Below are positions 13,537-47,329 of a DNA stretch of 64,000 nt, piece by piece (the first letter of the stretch is position 1; every line of letters begins with the position of its first letter). Below the pieces are notes generated by a model. It saw only the letters and a list, made by a program, of their open reading frames with translations. It ran no database searches and was not told the DNA's origin. The DNA comes from Amoebidium appalachense (lineage: Eukaryota > Protista > Ichthyosporea), in NCBI GenBank assembly GCA_963693365.1, contig CAVNZM010000010.1, positions 3,842,159 through 3,906,158 on the forward strand. The letters are read 5' to 3'. The translations under genes were made by a program, and so were the position numbers.

Positions 13537-14806
13537 ATGCGGAACACGGTACGAAGTACGCATACACGATGAGAAGCATGGTGCAGGACACATGCAAAGG
13601 CAAACATATCAAGTATGCAACATCAGCCATGCGCACAGTATGCGTTATAAGCAGAGCCCATCCTCAGGGAGGGCCCAAGTCATCAATTGCGATTGAGTTT
13701 CGACCCCTTAGCCCGCGTATATACGAACCTCCAACTCAGACAGCAGCAGCAACTGAACTTGGGAGGGTCAACCCGTCTTGATCAAAGACAAGCAGGGTTG
13801 CTTATACAAGCAAGGTGAGCAAAACGGTGAAGATGTGTGTGTAAACTAAAGCAGTGCAGCGAAAAATGCGTATGTGCTTACAGATGCACGACACAGAGCA
13901 ACCATGCCCGGTTGCATGGAAGTAAAGCGATCTCCACACAGTGGTCTGTCCTGAAAGGACACCTCTGAAAGAAGGCTGGGGGGGTTTGAATGCGGAACAC
14001 GGTACGAAGTACGCATACACGATGAGAAGCATGGTGCAGAACACATGCAAAGGCAAACATTCAAGTATGCAACATCAGCCATGCGCACAGTATGCGGGAG
14101 GGGGGGGATGTCAAAGAGAATCGGGGAGGACCGGCGGGAGGGTAGACACTCCCCCTACCCTTTCCCCTCCCCATCTCTTTGCCCCATCCCTCCCTCCCTC
14201 CCACTTCCTGCCGGCATTCTCCACAAAAAAAACCCATCCCTCTCTCTCTCTCTCTCACTCTCTTCTCTTCCTCCTCTTTCTCGCCCCCCCCCCCCCCCCC
14301 CCCCCCCCCCACCCTCCCTCTCCCTCTCTCTCTCTCTATCCCCTCTATCTTTCTCCTTTCTCTCAATCGCTTCTCTCCCTCTCCCTCGGCTCTTTTTCTT
14401 ACTGGCCCGTCTCTCACCCCTCCCTCGATGTCCTCCCTCCCTCTCTCACTACTCCCCACCTCCCCTCCCCCCGCTCATCCCTTCCCCGCCTTCCACCCCC
14501 CCTCTCCCCCCAAATCTCTCTCTCGTCGGTGTGCATGGAAGCAAACATACGCGTGCTACAAGCGCATGCCCCCTCCCCCCCCCCCCCCTGCTCCCTCCTT
14601 CCCGCCCACCTCCCATCACTTCCTGCACACATGCACACTGCCTGTAATAACATAAACGAAAAAGGGGGAAAAAACGCACCGTGCTGGTAGTTTTGCTGAT
14701 ACCCTCCCCCTCTACCTCTCCCCCGTGATCTTCCTCCCCTCCTAGAGGGACCGCCGCCGCCGCCATCCCCCCCACCGCCACCTCCCCTCCAGTGGCCGTC
14801 GGACAT
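386..14806 (-). CDS. NXF1: Nuclear RNA export factor 1 (TAP/Mex67 family), multi-exon, 3' part beyond left edge of window
   Basis: Hand-spliced GT-AG exons: 14806-14680 ([13 protein letters not shown]), 13350-13306, 12517-12389, 11501-11341 (junction gives RFSPY, PY-NLS-like), 9945-9859 and 8162-8049 (RRM-like), 4826-4747, 3615-3486 ([21 protein letters not shown]), 2979-2872 ([14 protein letters not shown]), 2099-1996 ([17 protein letters not shown]), 1302-1138 ([23 protein letters not shown]), 474-386 ([22 protein letters not shown]). The order and motifs match the NXF1 LRR to NTF2-like region. Two exons need a 1-nt G-run correction, and a small exon between 8049 and 4826 may be missing. 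Confidence 0.92.
6142..7164. mobile_element. PIF/Harbinger (Tourist-type) non-autonomous DNA transposon in an NXF1 intron
   Basis: TIRs GGGCCTGTTTGGCAGC (6142) and GCTACCAAACAGGCCC (ends 7164), 15/16 match. TAA duplication on both sides (6139-6141, 7165-7167). Repeated subterminal CGTATTTA palindromes. No transposase ORF. Confidence 0.88.
8490..8690. repeat. Degenerate minisatellite, unit about 29-30 bp
   Basis: Recurring AGAAACAGAAACGAGGAACGCTACATGTG / AGACAGAACCGAGGAGCATATATGTG-like units. Confidence 0.55.
9300..9465. repeat. 38-bp tandem repeat derived from (TG)n
   Basis: GTGTATCGGCACATGTGTGTGTGCATGTGTGTGTGCAT repeated about 4-5 times. Confidence 0.85.
9676..9733. repeat. 17-bp tandem repeat
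   Basis: ATACTTGCTGTATTCAT three times plus a partial copy. Confidence 0.85.
13533..14095 (-). mobile_element. Interspersed repeat, long form (about 450-bp unit followed by a partial tandem second copy)
   Basis: 13533-13935 is nearly identical to 19099-19507. The unit restarts at about 13986 (TTTGAATGCGGAACACGGTACGAAG). The left end abuts a G-run. Strand is inferred from the truncation polarity. Confidence 0.8.
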
Positions 14807-15964
14807 TCTCCTGCACACAGTAGAGAGGATTTGAAAGGAATGCTTGGTTGCAGGAAACATGCTTGGCATGGGCGTAGCAAACATATTGAATGGGTATACA
14901 CTTTGAAGTAGGGCCATGTGTACAGTAAGGGCAAATGATTTAAGTTAACAAATGGATGTCATGGCCCGGTCAACAGGGGAACAACTCATGAAGGCACCAC
15001 TTACTCACCCAAGCTATGTCTGCACAAACATGCACAATCTCATGACTTTCGGAATTATGTGTTACGCTGACTTTAAACAAGAGATTTATATCTAAGTAGT
15101 GTTGTTGCTGCTGAAGCATATTGCGGTAAACTTTCCTAGGCAGGTCTTTCACAAGCATGTTTGTGCTCATACTCCTCAACACCTTGTAAGACTACTTTAA
15201 CATTTCTTTCATCGGCTCAGCAAGAAAAATGACCTACTATAAACTAGGTCACTAACGTAACACCACCAAAGCAAACAAGTTATACGCAAGTCCGTCTCGG
15301 TCATATATCACGCATGATATCCAACAGTTCTGGAAGTCAGAGAGAGAAGCAATCACGTGTGCTTCCAAGACGCAGGACATTGTGTACCTCGTAGCTCAGG
15401 CCTTAGTTCGACGTCGATCAATCTCCACAAATATATATCTTATTTCCTACTCGTCAACCTTTTTGGAGGTGCATGCCACACTCGGACCCCATGTATTTCC
15501 GACACCTTCTACTGCCCCTGCCCCCTCTCTCCTTGTCCCTCCTCGTTCCGGAACGATAATTTTCCCTTTTCCTTTGCCTTCTCCTCGGAACTAAGCTTTC
15601 AGTGAGTCATTGAGCTATTTGAAAGAGCCTCGCTTGTGAGATGATTAATAAGTTCATTAATTAGACGCTATGCTTTCACCTTTGTTTTTTCACCTTGAAT
15701 TCACGAGAAAAAAGAAAACATGAGGAGAGTGGATCGTGTGTGCCGTCATCGGTTGCAAAGTGTGCGCCTGCGGCAGTTGGCGCCACCCAACCAGTGCGCG
15801 CTTTCATTTCAAAAAATACGAATCGAACCAGATTAATTCGGGTCAGAACTTATTAGGTCGTTACAATCGGGTCGCATGCCGAGCTCAAGATCGAACAACC
15901 CCATGATTCTGCCCCATGCCCCCCCCCCCCCCCCCCCCCCCAAACACACACACACACACACGCG

Positions 15965-16002
<38 letters not shown>

Positions 16003-17070
16003 ACCACCACCACCACCACCACCACCACCATCACCACCACACACACACACAACTCCCAACCTCCAACCCCATACCCTTGTGGCCTCTTCCTTTTGTTGCC
16101 TTGCTTTGCCGCCGTAAAACACGCATGCATGCACGCACGCACACAGGCCTGCAGACACGCATATGTGCACACACACACCGTGGCACTAACACACACACAC
16201 ACACCGTTGACACACACACACACACACACACACCGTGACACACACACACACTCAGTCACACAGATGCAAACACATACGTGTACACGACACATGTGCAAGA
16301 AAGAAAAATAAGAGAAAAAAGAAAGAAAAGAAACAAGGCGAATTGTTTGGCACTTGATGCAGATAGATATCGATCAGGGTGTTCTCAAACGTTCGTCTCG
16401 GTTTTTTCCTTTTCCTGCTGAGCTCGAGACCCAGTCTCCCCCCCCCCCCCAACCCCTTCTCCAAAAAAAAAAAACACACACACAGATAATTTGATTGATA
16501 GCTACAGACACTGGGACAGGTACACCAATGCCGTGATTATATTTACGCAAAGTTAAGACACCCTGCTATGTAGGTAAGTTGCAGACCAAAATTCAATGCT
16601 GTTGCGCAATTCAGCCACCAATTGACTAAATACCCAGTTCCCGTTGCAAGACCGTAAAATTACAGCTATTCACACCTAAAGTTTTTTACATTTGTTTGGG
16701 AAGAGGTAGCACATTACAGCACATAACCTAACTCTTTCAACTTAAGCACTAATATAGTACTAGTATCCCCATTTGCACCACAAGCACCTAAAATTCGACA
16801 CTAAAAGCTGGGGGTTTTACAAAGACTATCTGAGAATTTCAAAACAGCACAGCCCATTGGATCTGAAGCCCCTTATGAAACTCAGCAACAGAAAGTGAAT
16901 CACAAGGGCGGACAAACCAGCAAATTGCAGAGAAATCGAGTATCTCACTGTGTCCTATCTACCCGACCAACCAATATAAATATGCAGCACAAATGCAAGT
17001 CCATTCCATAGATAGACATACCCCGATATAAATATAACAAGAGATATACTCAAAATATACATCATGAATT

Positions 17071-29993
<12,923 letters not shown>

Positions 29994-30384
29994 AGTTAAC
30001 CAGCACGAATAATCGTCTATTTTGGTGCCCTTTTAACTCTCTATGCTTTACTCGAGCATGCTTGTGTGCATGCATGCGCAAACTAACCATGACCTTTTTT
30101 CCTCTTGACGAAATTTCCCTTCGCGAGTTTTTGCTTTCCGCGGTGCCACAATATCACAGGAGGATCGCCAGTGACTCATGAAGTGAGCCGCAGTCTGCGC
30201 TGTAATTGGTGCTTTTTTGGAAATGCGCATCCACTCTGTCAGGCTTGCGCAAACATATAGCAATTGATGCTCAACTTTACGTTGATTAGTTGATTCTGTA
30301 ACATAATCGTTGTGCTATTGGCTTAACGTGCATCAATATTTCTGCTGGCTAGCCTCGCCTGAGGCCAAGCCCCGGCGGCGCCAT

Positions 30385-30416
<32 letters not shown>

Positions 30417-31125
30417 CTCCCTCCTTCCCCTCCCCCCTCTCTCCCCCCCCCCCCCCCCTCCCCCCCCCCCTCCCCCCCCCCCCCCTCTCCCCCCCCCCCC
30501 CACAAAAAAAAAAAAAAAAAAAAAAAAACAATTTTTGTGCCACATCTTCCGGGTTTTCCGGGCTTCCACAGTATGTAATTACCCCCCATTCCTCCATCTT
30601 CTCCTGTCCTCCAATGTCCTCCAATTAGCAAGTACGCACATACACACACACCACGATCACGAACGTTGTTGTATTTATCATTCGGAAATGAATTTATTAT
30701 TGGTGTGGTTTCTGCAGATTTTTCTAGAAATTCAAAACTTTGGTCCGGAAATTCGAACCTACTATAGCTACATACGCTAATCATTAGCTGGCATCCCAGC
30801 ATGTACGGTGCCACCATGCATACATATCCTCACACCTGCCCCCGAATTCCCCCCCCCCTCCCCCCCCCCCCCCCCCCTCTCCCCCCTCTCCCTCCCCTCC
30901 CCCCTCCCCTCTCCCTCCCCACAACCGCCGTTCCTCCTCCAGATCTCACACGACGGGACACAGCTAACAAATTCAAACAAACCGTGTGGTACTCTTATAC
31001 AAGTAAACAGTTATGCTGATCCACAATCACAACTTGACGTCGTGATAATCAACAAAGGCTCCCAATTCGATACGCGGCGCTGCAATGTATATGCATCACC
31101 TGAATTCGAACTCTGAAACAGCAGC

Positions 31126-31208
<83 letters not shown>

Positions 31209-31222
31209 CCCCCCCTCCCCCT

Positions 31223-31263
<41 letters not shown>

Positions 31264-31456
31264 TACAGACACACACATAACACACACATACCTCCTCTCT
31301 CTCTTTCTTTCTTTTCTTTCTTTTTTTTTCCCGTTAGTAGTTGTTGTTGTTGTGGAGGGGGGTTGAGGAGGAGGCGGGGGGGGTGCAGAGACAGCAGCCC
31401 CCCCCCCCCCCCCCCCCCCCCTCATAAAAAGGTTCAAATTAACACACACACACACG

Positions 31457-31521
<65 letters not shown>

Positions 31522-31604
31522 GCGTCGGGGGAGGGGGGTGGGGCTGACAGAGTAGCCTAAAGATGAAATGCCAGGTTTCCGAGCCAACCCCCCCATTCCC
31601 CATC

Positions 31605-31635
<31 letters not shown>

Positions 31636-32110
31636 AAAAAAAAAAGAAAAAAAATCCCCATCCTCCCCCCTCCCTCCCCCCTCCCCCCCTCCCGGCGGGG
31701 ACCTTGAGAGTGCCCTCACCTTTACAAGTTCTACTTTGACTTCATTTGATGATTCACACACCCAGAAATTCTTTCGGCTTGTTTGTGTGTAGGTGCCGAG
31801 TCGTTTGTCGGTTAATGGATTCTTCAGGCTGTGTGCATGTGTGGTTTTTTCGCGGGGAATAACTGTGAGAGTTATCAGTTGAGTAAAACCGATGAAAAAA
31901 ATTATGCTCGCGCGCGTCTGGTTATGGTGGTGGTGAAAAAGGGAAGGCGGTGAAGGGGGAGGGAGGGGGTGTGGGTGGGTTGGGGGGGGGGGGGGGGGGG
32001 GGGGGGGGGAGTTCAAATCCGGTGTGTGTGAGTGCACGTGTGCGTGTGCGTGTGGGAATGGGGTGGGGTGGGGTGGGTTGGGATGAGATGGAGTAAGGTG
32101 GGGCTTTGGG

Positions 32111-32146
<36 letters not shown>

Positions 32147-32318
32147 GGGGGGGAGGGGGGGGGGGGGCTCTTTGTTTTTCTGGTCTTAACCTGGGGGGGA
32201 TGGGGAGGAGGGGCTGAAGGATTTTCTGGTGTGTGTGTGCACAAGTGAGTGTAATGGTGGGGTGGGGTGGGGTGGGGTGGAGTGAGGTGGGGTGGGGTGG
32301 GGTGGGTTAGGTGTGGCG

Positions 32319-32393
<75 letters not shown>

Positions 32394-33226
32394 CCCCACG
32401 TGCGTGCACGTGCCGCACACCCTTCTCGTGTGCGCTCGTGTAATGGGCTAGAACTTTCTTTGCCCTTTACCGCACCCTTAGGTCACCGTGCTCACTAACA
32501 TAAAATCTACACCCAGCCTGGGAGGCCCAGACATCGGAAACGGCTGAGACAGAGGGCTATATTCTTCAAAGTTCTAAACCTTTTAACTATAAATCTTGTT
32601 TACCGCCGTCTTAAATTTTGGTACCGGCCTCAGGAGATATTATGGCGTGTTGTTCACAATGAGCGCATGTCACAGTGGCAGTGCTCATGTGCATGCGTGC
32701 GAGCACGTGTTTCGTGTCAAGAGTCTACCAGCAGCTGCAGCTCGGTGTAGTGTCACTGATTCACGATGAATGATATATAAATTTATTGATTCTAATGCAG
32801 TGGGGCTTAGGTCTGCTGTGTGGCAGACCTAAGTTTACAAGGAACTTCGTACGAAGAACAAACAGATACTTGGGGAGAGTCATAGACGTTGAAAAACTAC
32901 GGACTAGTGCGGCAGCAGGGGGAGGGGAGGATGAGGAGGTGGGGGAGGGGGAGGAGGCGGGGAGGGAATGTAGTTGGGCGATCAGAAATGTTTGCGAGGA
33001 AGGGGCCAGGGGGCCCCGGGGAGGGGAGGGGGTGGAGGGGGAGGAAGGAAAGGGGGAGGGGGGGGGGGGGGGAGTAATAGGAGAGTGTCGGGAGCAAGGG
33101 GCTGAGGTTGGGGTTGTGCAAACAAGGACATAATAGCAGTATTTTTCTTTTCTGTCTGTCTTTCTTTCTTTCTTTCTTTCTTTCTTTAAATTATTCTTTC
33201 TTCTTTTTTTTTGTTGTTGTTGTTGT

Positions 33227-33278
<52 letters not shown>

Positions 33279-33413
33279 TTAAGTTCCTTCCCCCTCCCCC
33301 CCCCCCCAAAAAAAAAAAAAACAATCATTTTGATGCATGTGGTTTCTCTCAAAGTTTTCTCCTTTTGGTGTATCTTTTTAGAAAACTTGCCACTACGGAA
33401 ATCTGTGTGTGTG

Positions 33414-33454
<41 letters not shown>

Positions 33455-34179
33455 GGGAGGGGGGGGGGAGAAAGGGGGGAAGGAATGGAGATAGGGGAAG
33501 AGGGGAGGTGGGCATGCCTTTATTTTTCGTGTTTAAAAGACCGGGAAACTGACCGACTCTTGCCATGTGGGCTTGACCCGGGTATGCGGTTATTTTGAAA
33601 TTGGGCCTTTATTTTTCGACAGTACGGTAACCACCCCATACATGAATATAGATATATGTACATAATCACACAACACCGTAGCCTGTCGGGTGGGATGCTA
33701 ACACTCAAAAGCAGACTTGCACACAAAACAAAGCTGACGCTAATAATCTATATACACTACGGACAAGTCTTTTGATAAACGTGAACTAAATGGCTTTATA
33801 ATTACACAGACACACACAAAAAAAGAAAGTGTGTGACAACAGTCACACTTAAGCTCAAAATCAGGAGACTCAGTGAAAGCCGAGTAAACAAAAACAGTTT
33901 GCGGCAACCTATGTGAAAGCTGAAGGCCCAAAACAAAGAGTGAATGTCATACACCCACAATCTAGACTACAAATCCAAAATCTAAGTATTCCGAAACCCA
34001 CCACTTCATCCCGTCCCCAGGCTCTTTCTTCCCTATTAGTGATTTTATCACCCTCCGAGGCTCACTCCCTTCCCTTTTCTTATTCCAACATTTTTTGGTA
34101 CAAATTGTGTTGGGAGTCAAACAAAAAACAAAAAGAAAAAAGAAAAAAAAGAAAAGGGAAAACCCCGTGTTGTTGCCGT

Positions 34180-35115
34180 TTAGGCGCCCACAGCCTTCTG
34201 CTCCTCCTGCTTATCTACGCGGGTAGCGCCGGAGAACGACAGCATGAACAGATTGAGCACAGACACCATTAGGCAGCCTGCAAACAGTGTCTTGGCGTAA
34301 TCAACCTGGTGGTCGAACTGCTCCGTCACGTTGTCCTTGTCCCATGTCTTGAAGTAGTTGTACATGTCGTTGCAAAGGATCATGTTGAGCACGGAGATCA
34401 TCGTCAGCAGCGCAGTGAGGTTGATGCTGGTGAACTTGCTGGCTAGCACCATCATCCTGCGATAACCGTTTTGTTTTTGTATTTTTTAAAAGGGGAAAGA
34501 AGGAGAATGATTTTTGGGGAAGAGGGGAAGAGGGCGGGGCGGGGGGGGGGGTCATCGGAGGGAAGGGGGACCCGAGGGAGGGGGGGGGGGGGGGGGGGGG
34601 GGGGGCGGAGGTGAGGAGGAGGGGGGAGGTTAGTATGAGAAGAAAAGCTTGGCCATTGCTTTCCGTTTAAGTTATGTGCACATGTTGTAGAATTTTGTCA
34701 CTACGACATCAAGGAAACAGACATTCGAACAGTAGGTGTAGGCTATAAACGAGGTCGTGTGCACATCGCTATTCAATAACATCGCAAAAAAGAAACGACA
34801 TTTCAAGTCACGGATTAGGAGAAATTGCAAAGGGCGAGGGCCTAGCAAGGTCCGAAACAAACCATCAACACATACAACAGATATATAGAGGGCCACTTAC
34901 ACATAGACGAAGAAGGTAAACCAGACAATCCACCAGGCCCAGCGGAAGGTCTGGCCACACTCCAGATGAATGGTGTTGTTCGGGTTGTCGTCATAGGTAC
35001 TCTGTTGGTCGTTGCAGTTGTATTGAAGCCCAGACACACCGAGAAGCTGAACAATCCACAGGATGAGGCCCAGGGCGGCGAGGCTAAACAACCGGGCGAC
35101 GGAATCGACCTTCAT
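34180..35115 (-). CDS. 163-aa four-transmembrane protein resembling the Sho1 membrane domain, no SH3
   Basis: Two exons, 35115-34901 and 34456-34180 (GTAAGT..CAG, phase 2). Four hydrophobic helices, the motif CGQTFRWAWWIVWF, and a last helix FAGCLMVSVLNLFMLSF. Codon usage is strongly C/G-ending. Confidence 0.85.
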
Positions 35116-35219
35116 TTTGGCGTTTAGAGAGAGAGAAAGATAAACAGAGAAGTTTTCTTGTTGTTTTGTTGTTGTTTTACTTTGACGTCTTGTGAACTGA
35201 TGTAAAGGGTGGGAGGCGT

Positions 35220-35272
35220 CTTATTTATATAGCCGGTGAGGGTTCGCGAAGGTGCGTGTGACCGCCAATCGG
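35220..35272 (-). promoter_or_regulatory. TATA box and nearby CCAAT motif upstream of the four-TM gene
   Basis: CTATATAAATAAG on the minus strand about 110 bp upstream of the ATG. GCCAATC at about 35264. Confidence 0.55.
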
Positions 35273-36332
35273 CGCGGTTTTAGGCGCCCAGCGAATCACC
35301 TGCAGCTGCGATAGAACCAGCTACATTCTTTGATTTCCAAATATGGTAGGTTGAAAAAAACGACTGTTATCTTGTGATTGCCTACGAGCCAATCGGAATT
35401 CGTCAAACGTTACTAATTTCGAACCCCTGGGCCCCGCTTATACCTCCGTCCTCCGTTCAGGGAAACCATGGACATTCTGCCTCTTTATGTTGATGAAGCT
35501 TATAGTTCTATACTTTTTGGTTATATATGTACGCAAGTACTATTATTGAGTGAACTTTTATTAGTGTTTATAGCATATAACAGGTCATTCTTCTTGTTCG
35601 TATCACGAGTTTCTCATCTCAGTCACCTGATAATGATTGTACCAGATCTTTGACGTCATAGAAACCTTCACCAATCACGAGACGGCTCACAGTATTTCGG
35701 TCAAAGAGCACGCTGATGTGCATCCAATCATTTATGCTTAAACAGCTCGTTTTGTCTATTTATAATACGACTCGATTGGATCCAGACTCATGTTGTCATT
35801 CACGTGGTAGTGCAAGAGTTTCATGAGCTGACGACCAATGGAACAAAAACAAAATAATATTATATAAACTTACTTCAAGTGCTTAGCACAGGCTCGAATA
35901 TGTCTAGGTACATATGTTTTGTGCATCTGAAAAACCTGGGCGACACAGACGCTATCGATGCTCAGCAGCTGACAGCATGTGTGACATGATGCACATTTAG
36001 CCTAGCTGTCGAACTGAACTTCTGCAGCCGCAGCTGCCCGTGTCCACACCTGGTGTGGCAGCGCCTTGTCACGCCATGACATCATGTGAAATCCCAAACA
36101 CGTGGAAGTGTAGTATGCAGTGCCCGATGGCACGGGCCAGTACTGTGTGCCACTGGTGCACATGTATAGACACACACGTCCAGAAAGCAGGCGCCGTATT
36201 CGCACAACCCGCGCTGCTGCTGTCGTACGTGTTCAACCCAGCTAGTTCGATCCAGCTCTGCATGGCTAGTGATAAAAGCATCACTTATGTCAGGGTGGTA
36301 TCATATATTCGGTACCCCGGTCCTGCCTACAT

Positions 36333-36363
<31 letters not shown>

Positions 36364-36438
36364 CCTCCCCCTCAACAAACATGTACACACACACCCACAA
36401 TGACACACACAGATAGATGCACATGCGTGCACACACGA

Positions 36439-36505
<67 letters not shown>

Positions 36506-36512
36506 AGACACA

Positions 36513-36555
<43 letters not shown>

Positions 36556-36973
36556 ACACACACGTGTACACACACACACACACACACACACACACCGAAG
36601 TGTGTACAAACACAATGTGACGGTCATGCATGCACATGTACATGTACATTTTATAAGGCTGTGGCTGAGAGAGGCAGATATAGAAGGGGGGGTTGGGGAG
36701 ACTCTGAGTCCCGGAGGGGGGTCCCTCGGAGATAGAAAGAGAGAGAGGGAGAAAGAGAGGCTCGGAGAGGGGCAGAGAGGGGGGGGGGGGGGGGGGGGGG
36801 AGGGGGGGAGGGGGGGGGGGGGGGGAGGGGGGAGAGACAGAGAGAGGGGAGCGAGAGAGAGAGAAAGCATATCTGTGTGTGTGTCGGTGTGTGTGCATGT
36901 GTATCTGTGCACATGTTATACATGCACAATGTCATGTATGCCATGTGTGCACACACATACATATGTTTGTGCC

Positions 36974-37007
<34 letters not shown>

Positions 37008-37095
37008 CGAGTGAGTGTGCGGGTGTGTGTGTGTGTAGTTTTTGTGTTTTGGTGGTGGTGGTGGTGGTGTGTGTGTGTGTGTGGGGGGGGGGGGT

Positions 37096-37162
<67 letters not shown>

Positions 37163-37866
37163 TGGGTTTGGGTGAGTGCGAAGGACAAAATAAACATAGC
37201 AACATGACACTGGCGCCGGCGCTTAAGGTTGAAGGAGCGTGAAGCGCAAATATGATAGGAAGAAGCGGTCAGAGGGCGTGCTTAAGGTAGAGTAAACTTT
37301 GACTCAGAGGTAAGCGTGGGCCGTAAGTATACGCATAACACAGGAGAAGAATATGTAAAGGTAAGGTGTTGGAAATGTGGAGAATGCAAGATGATGAAGT
37401 CCAATACTCGGATCTCTAGATGTTGGGAAATCCAAGTGACGGTGACTCATGGATTCCAAAGATGTTAAAGTAGACCCCGTGTCCGATGGATGGATATGTT
37501 GGGATACAGGCATACAGGTATGCATGGCTATTATATAACATACCGAGACTGAAGCTTAGCCCGAAAAACGTTGGGATAGTCGAAATCTAAACACTACGTA
37601 ACTGGATCGATAGTCCAATGCATGTGTACACATGGATGAAAACTCAAAAGAAGGTTGCCAAACACGGGAGTTGTTGGGATCGATATAGAACTAGCTTAAC
37701 CTTGTCTCGCAAATGTCGGTTCCCCACTTGCAGCCATTGCTAGCCGCTTGCCTAAAAACCAAAACCACAATTAATGGATGAAGTCATTAATTATTTTGCC
37801 TATGTTGGGAAGATCATCAGGTTGTTCAGAATACCTGACGGTATATGTGTGCACGTGTGTGTGTGT

Positions 37867-37910
<44 letters not shown>

Positions 37911-39267
37911 GGGGGGAGGGGGAGTAGGGGGCCCCCAAACCCCCGTGCCCCCCCCCCCCCCCCCTCCCAAACCCCATCCCCTCCCCCTGACCCCTCATCC
38001 CCCCCCCCCCCCCCCCCCCCCCCCCTCGGTCCCGCCTCACATTTGTGCCCTCCCAAAATAACGGTGCCAAATACACGAACATATGCAAACGACTTACAAA
38101 TTGAAGGCACTCCGCATATGTTTGCACCATAGCTTTTATCGCGTTGCTTTTTTCCCTAGAAGTCTCTCTCTCTCTCTCTCGCCCCCTCCCCCTCCCTCTC
38201 CCCCCACCCCCCAACCCGCCGGCTCCCGCCGCCCCCCCCCCGTCCCCCCCGCTCCCCCTCCCCACCCCCCCATCCCCCCTCGGTGGGACCCAAATACTCT
38301 CTGACCACTAACTATCAACCTTTAAAGCAAATACTTGTTAGGCTATATTTTTGCAATATCACTTTTCCCTTTCAAATCAAAGTCTTTTTCCTCCTCTTTT
38401 TCCCTCTTTTTTGGAGCCCATGGGCCCAATTTGACATCTGCTATTTTTATTTTGCACCTTCTATGGCATGGTAGCCAATCTAAGTTAGCGACTATGCCTA
38501 CGTTTCTCATTACTAAACACCAGGTCCTTGTTTGTACTGGAAGGTGCCTTATAATCAATAATCCAATATATATACAGCCAAAGCCTCTCGAGATCTTAGG
38601 GCTTCCAGTTCTCCCTTCTGCTCCAGTTCTCCCTTCGTCCCTCGCTCGGCTCCCCCCTCCCCCCCCCCCCCCCCGCCTCCCCCCCTTCCCCCTCCCCCCT
38701 CCCCCCATAGCGTGCACTAACTCCCCCCTCCCCCCCCCCCCCTCCCGGCCCCCCCTCTCTCTGGGCCACCCCTTCCCTCCCCCTCCCCCCTCTCCCCCCT
38801 CCCCCCCTCCCCCCTCTCCCCCCCCCCCCCCCCCCCCACACACAGTCACTGGACATGTAACTACGTACCTGACGGCCTACGCACATGGGTCACCCAATGC
38901 CCATGAATATCCCCCCCCCCTCCCCCCCCCCCCCCCCCCCCCTCCCCCCTCCCCCCTCCTCCTCCCCGCCTCCCCCCCCCCCCTCCCCCCTCCCCCCTCC
39001 CCACACCCCTCTGGCACTTCTTGCTCTCCACCATCCTTCAACCTTAGGCTTTTAGAGTTTCTGCATCCTGTACATGACACATAAGTATATTGTATATATA
39101 ACATATATAGTAATTCCTTTGTTTGTAATGCTGTATATGTATACTGCTGTACATCTGCATGTATGTACATAGCGAGGCAGCCATGGGGCGCCATCATCTA
39201 GCTAGCGGCTGGTGCGCCGGGCCACTGGGAAACCTCGGGTGTCACGGTCCCGGAATCGCGCGTAGTC

Positions 39268-39430
39268 TTTGTCATGTGACGTCATAAATGCTCTCAAAGG
39301 CAGACACTCTTGACATTGTTTTGTTTGAAAGGTTTAGTCTGTAGCTCCAAACAAGGCCCTTCGAGGCTGCGCAAGTGCGCATGCTATCTACACTTCACTT
39401 CTCCTTCCGCTTCACTTCTCCTTCCGCTTA
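39268..39430 (+). promoter_or_regulatory. Putative promoter of the MBD-like gene
   Basis: Overlapping GTCATGTGAC (E-box-like) and TGACGTCA (CRE) at about 39270-39284, TGCGCAAGTGCGCATGC, and a 17-bp tandem duplication CTTCACTTCTCCTTCCG, just upstream of the long ORF. Confidence 0.4.
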
Positions 39431-39572
39431 CAAAACATCTCTTTTTCGGGAACCATGGATGCGCGAGTGTACATATAGCTTAGTGAAAACACAGGACACG
39501 CCATGACTGCAAGACACTTGCACTCACTCTTTCTTGAAGAGCAGTAGGCCCAGCACGGCCACACAGGTCAAC

Positions 39573-47248
<7,676 letters not shown>

Positions 47249-47280
47249 GGCCCGGGAGATGACGTGTATTGTGTTGCTGC

Positions 47281-47329
<49 letters not shown>

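Noticed and set aside
13650-13715. Hammerhead-like fragments (CGAAAC..GUC/GCC..CUGAGGAUGG) on the minus strand of the long repeat
   Set aside because: Stems I and II cannot be formed and the cleavage triplet differs between copies
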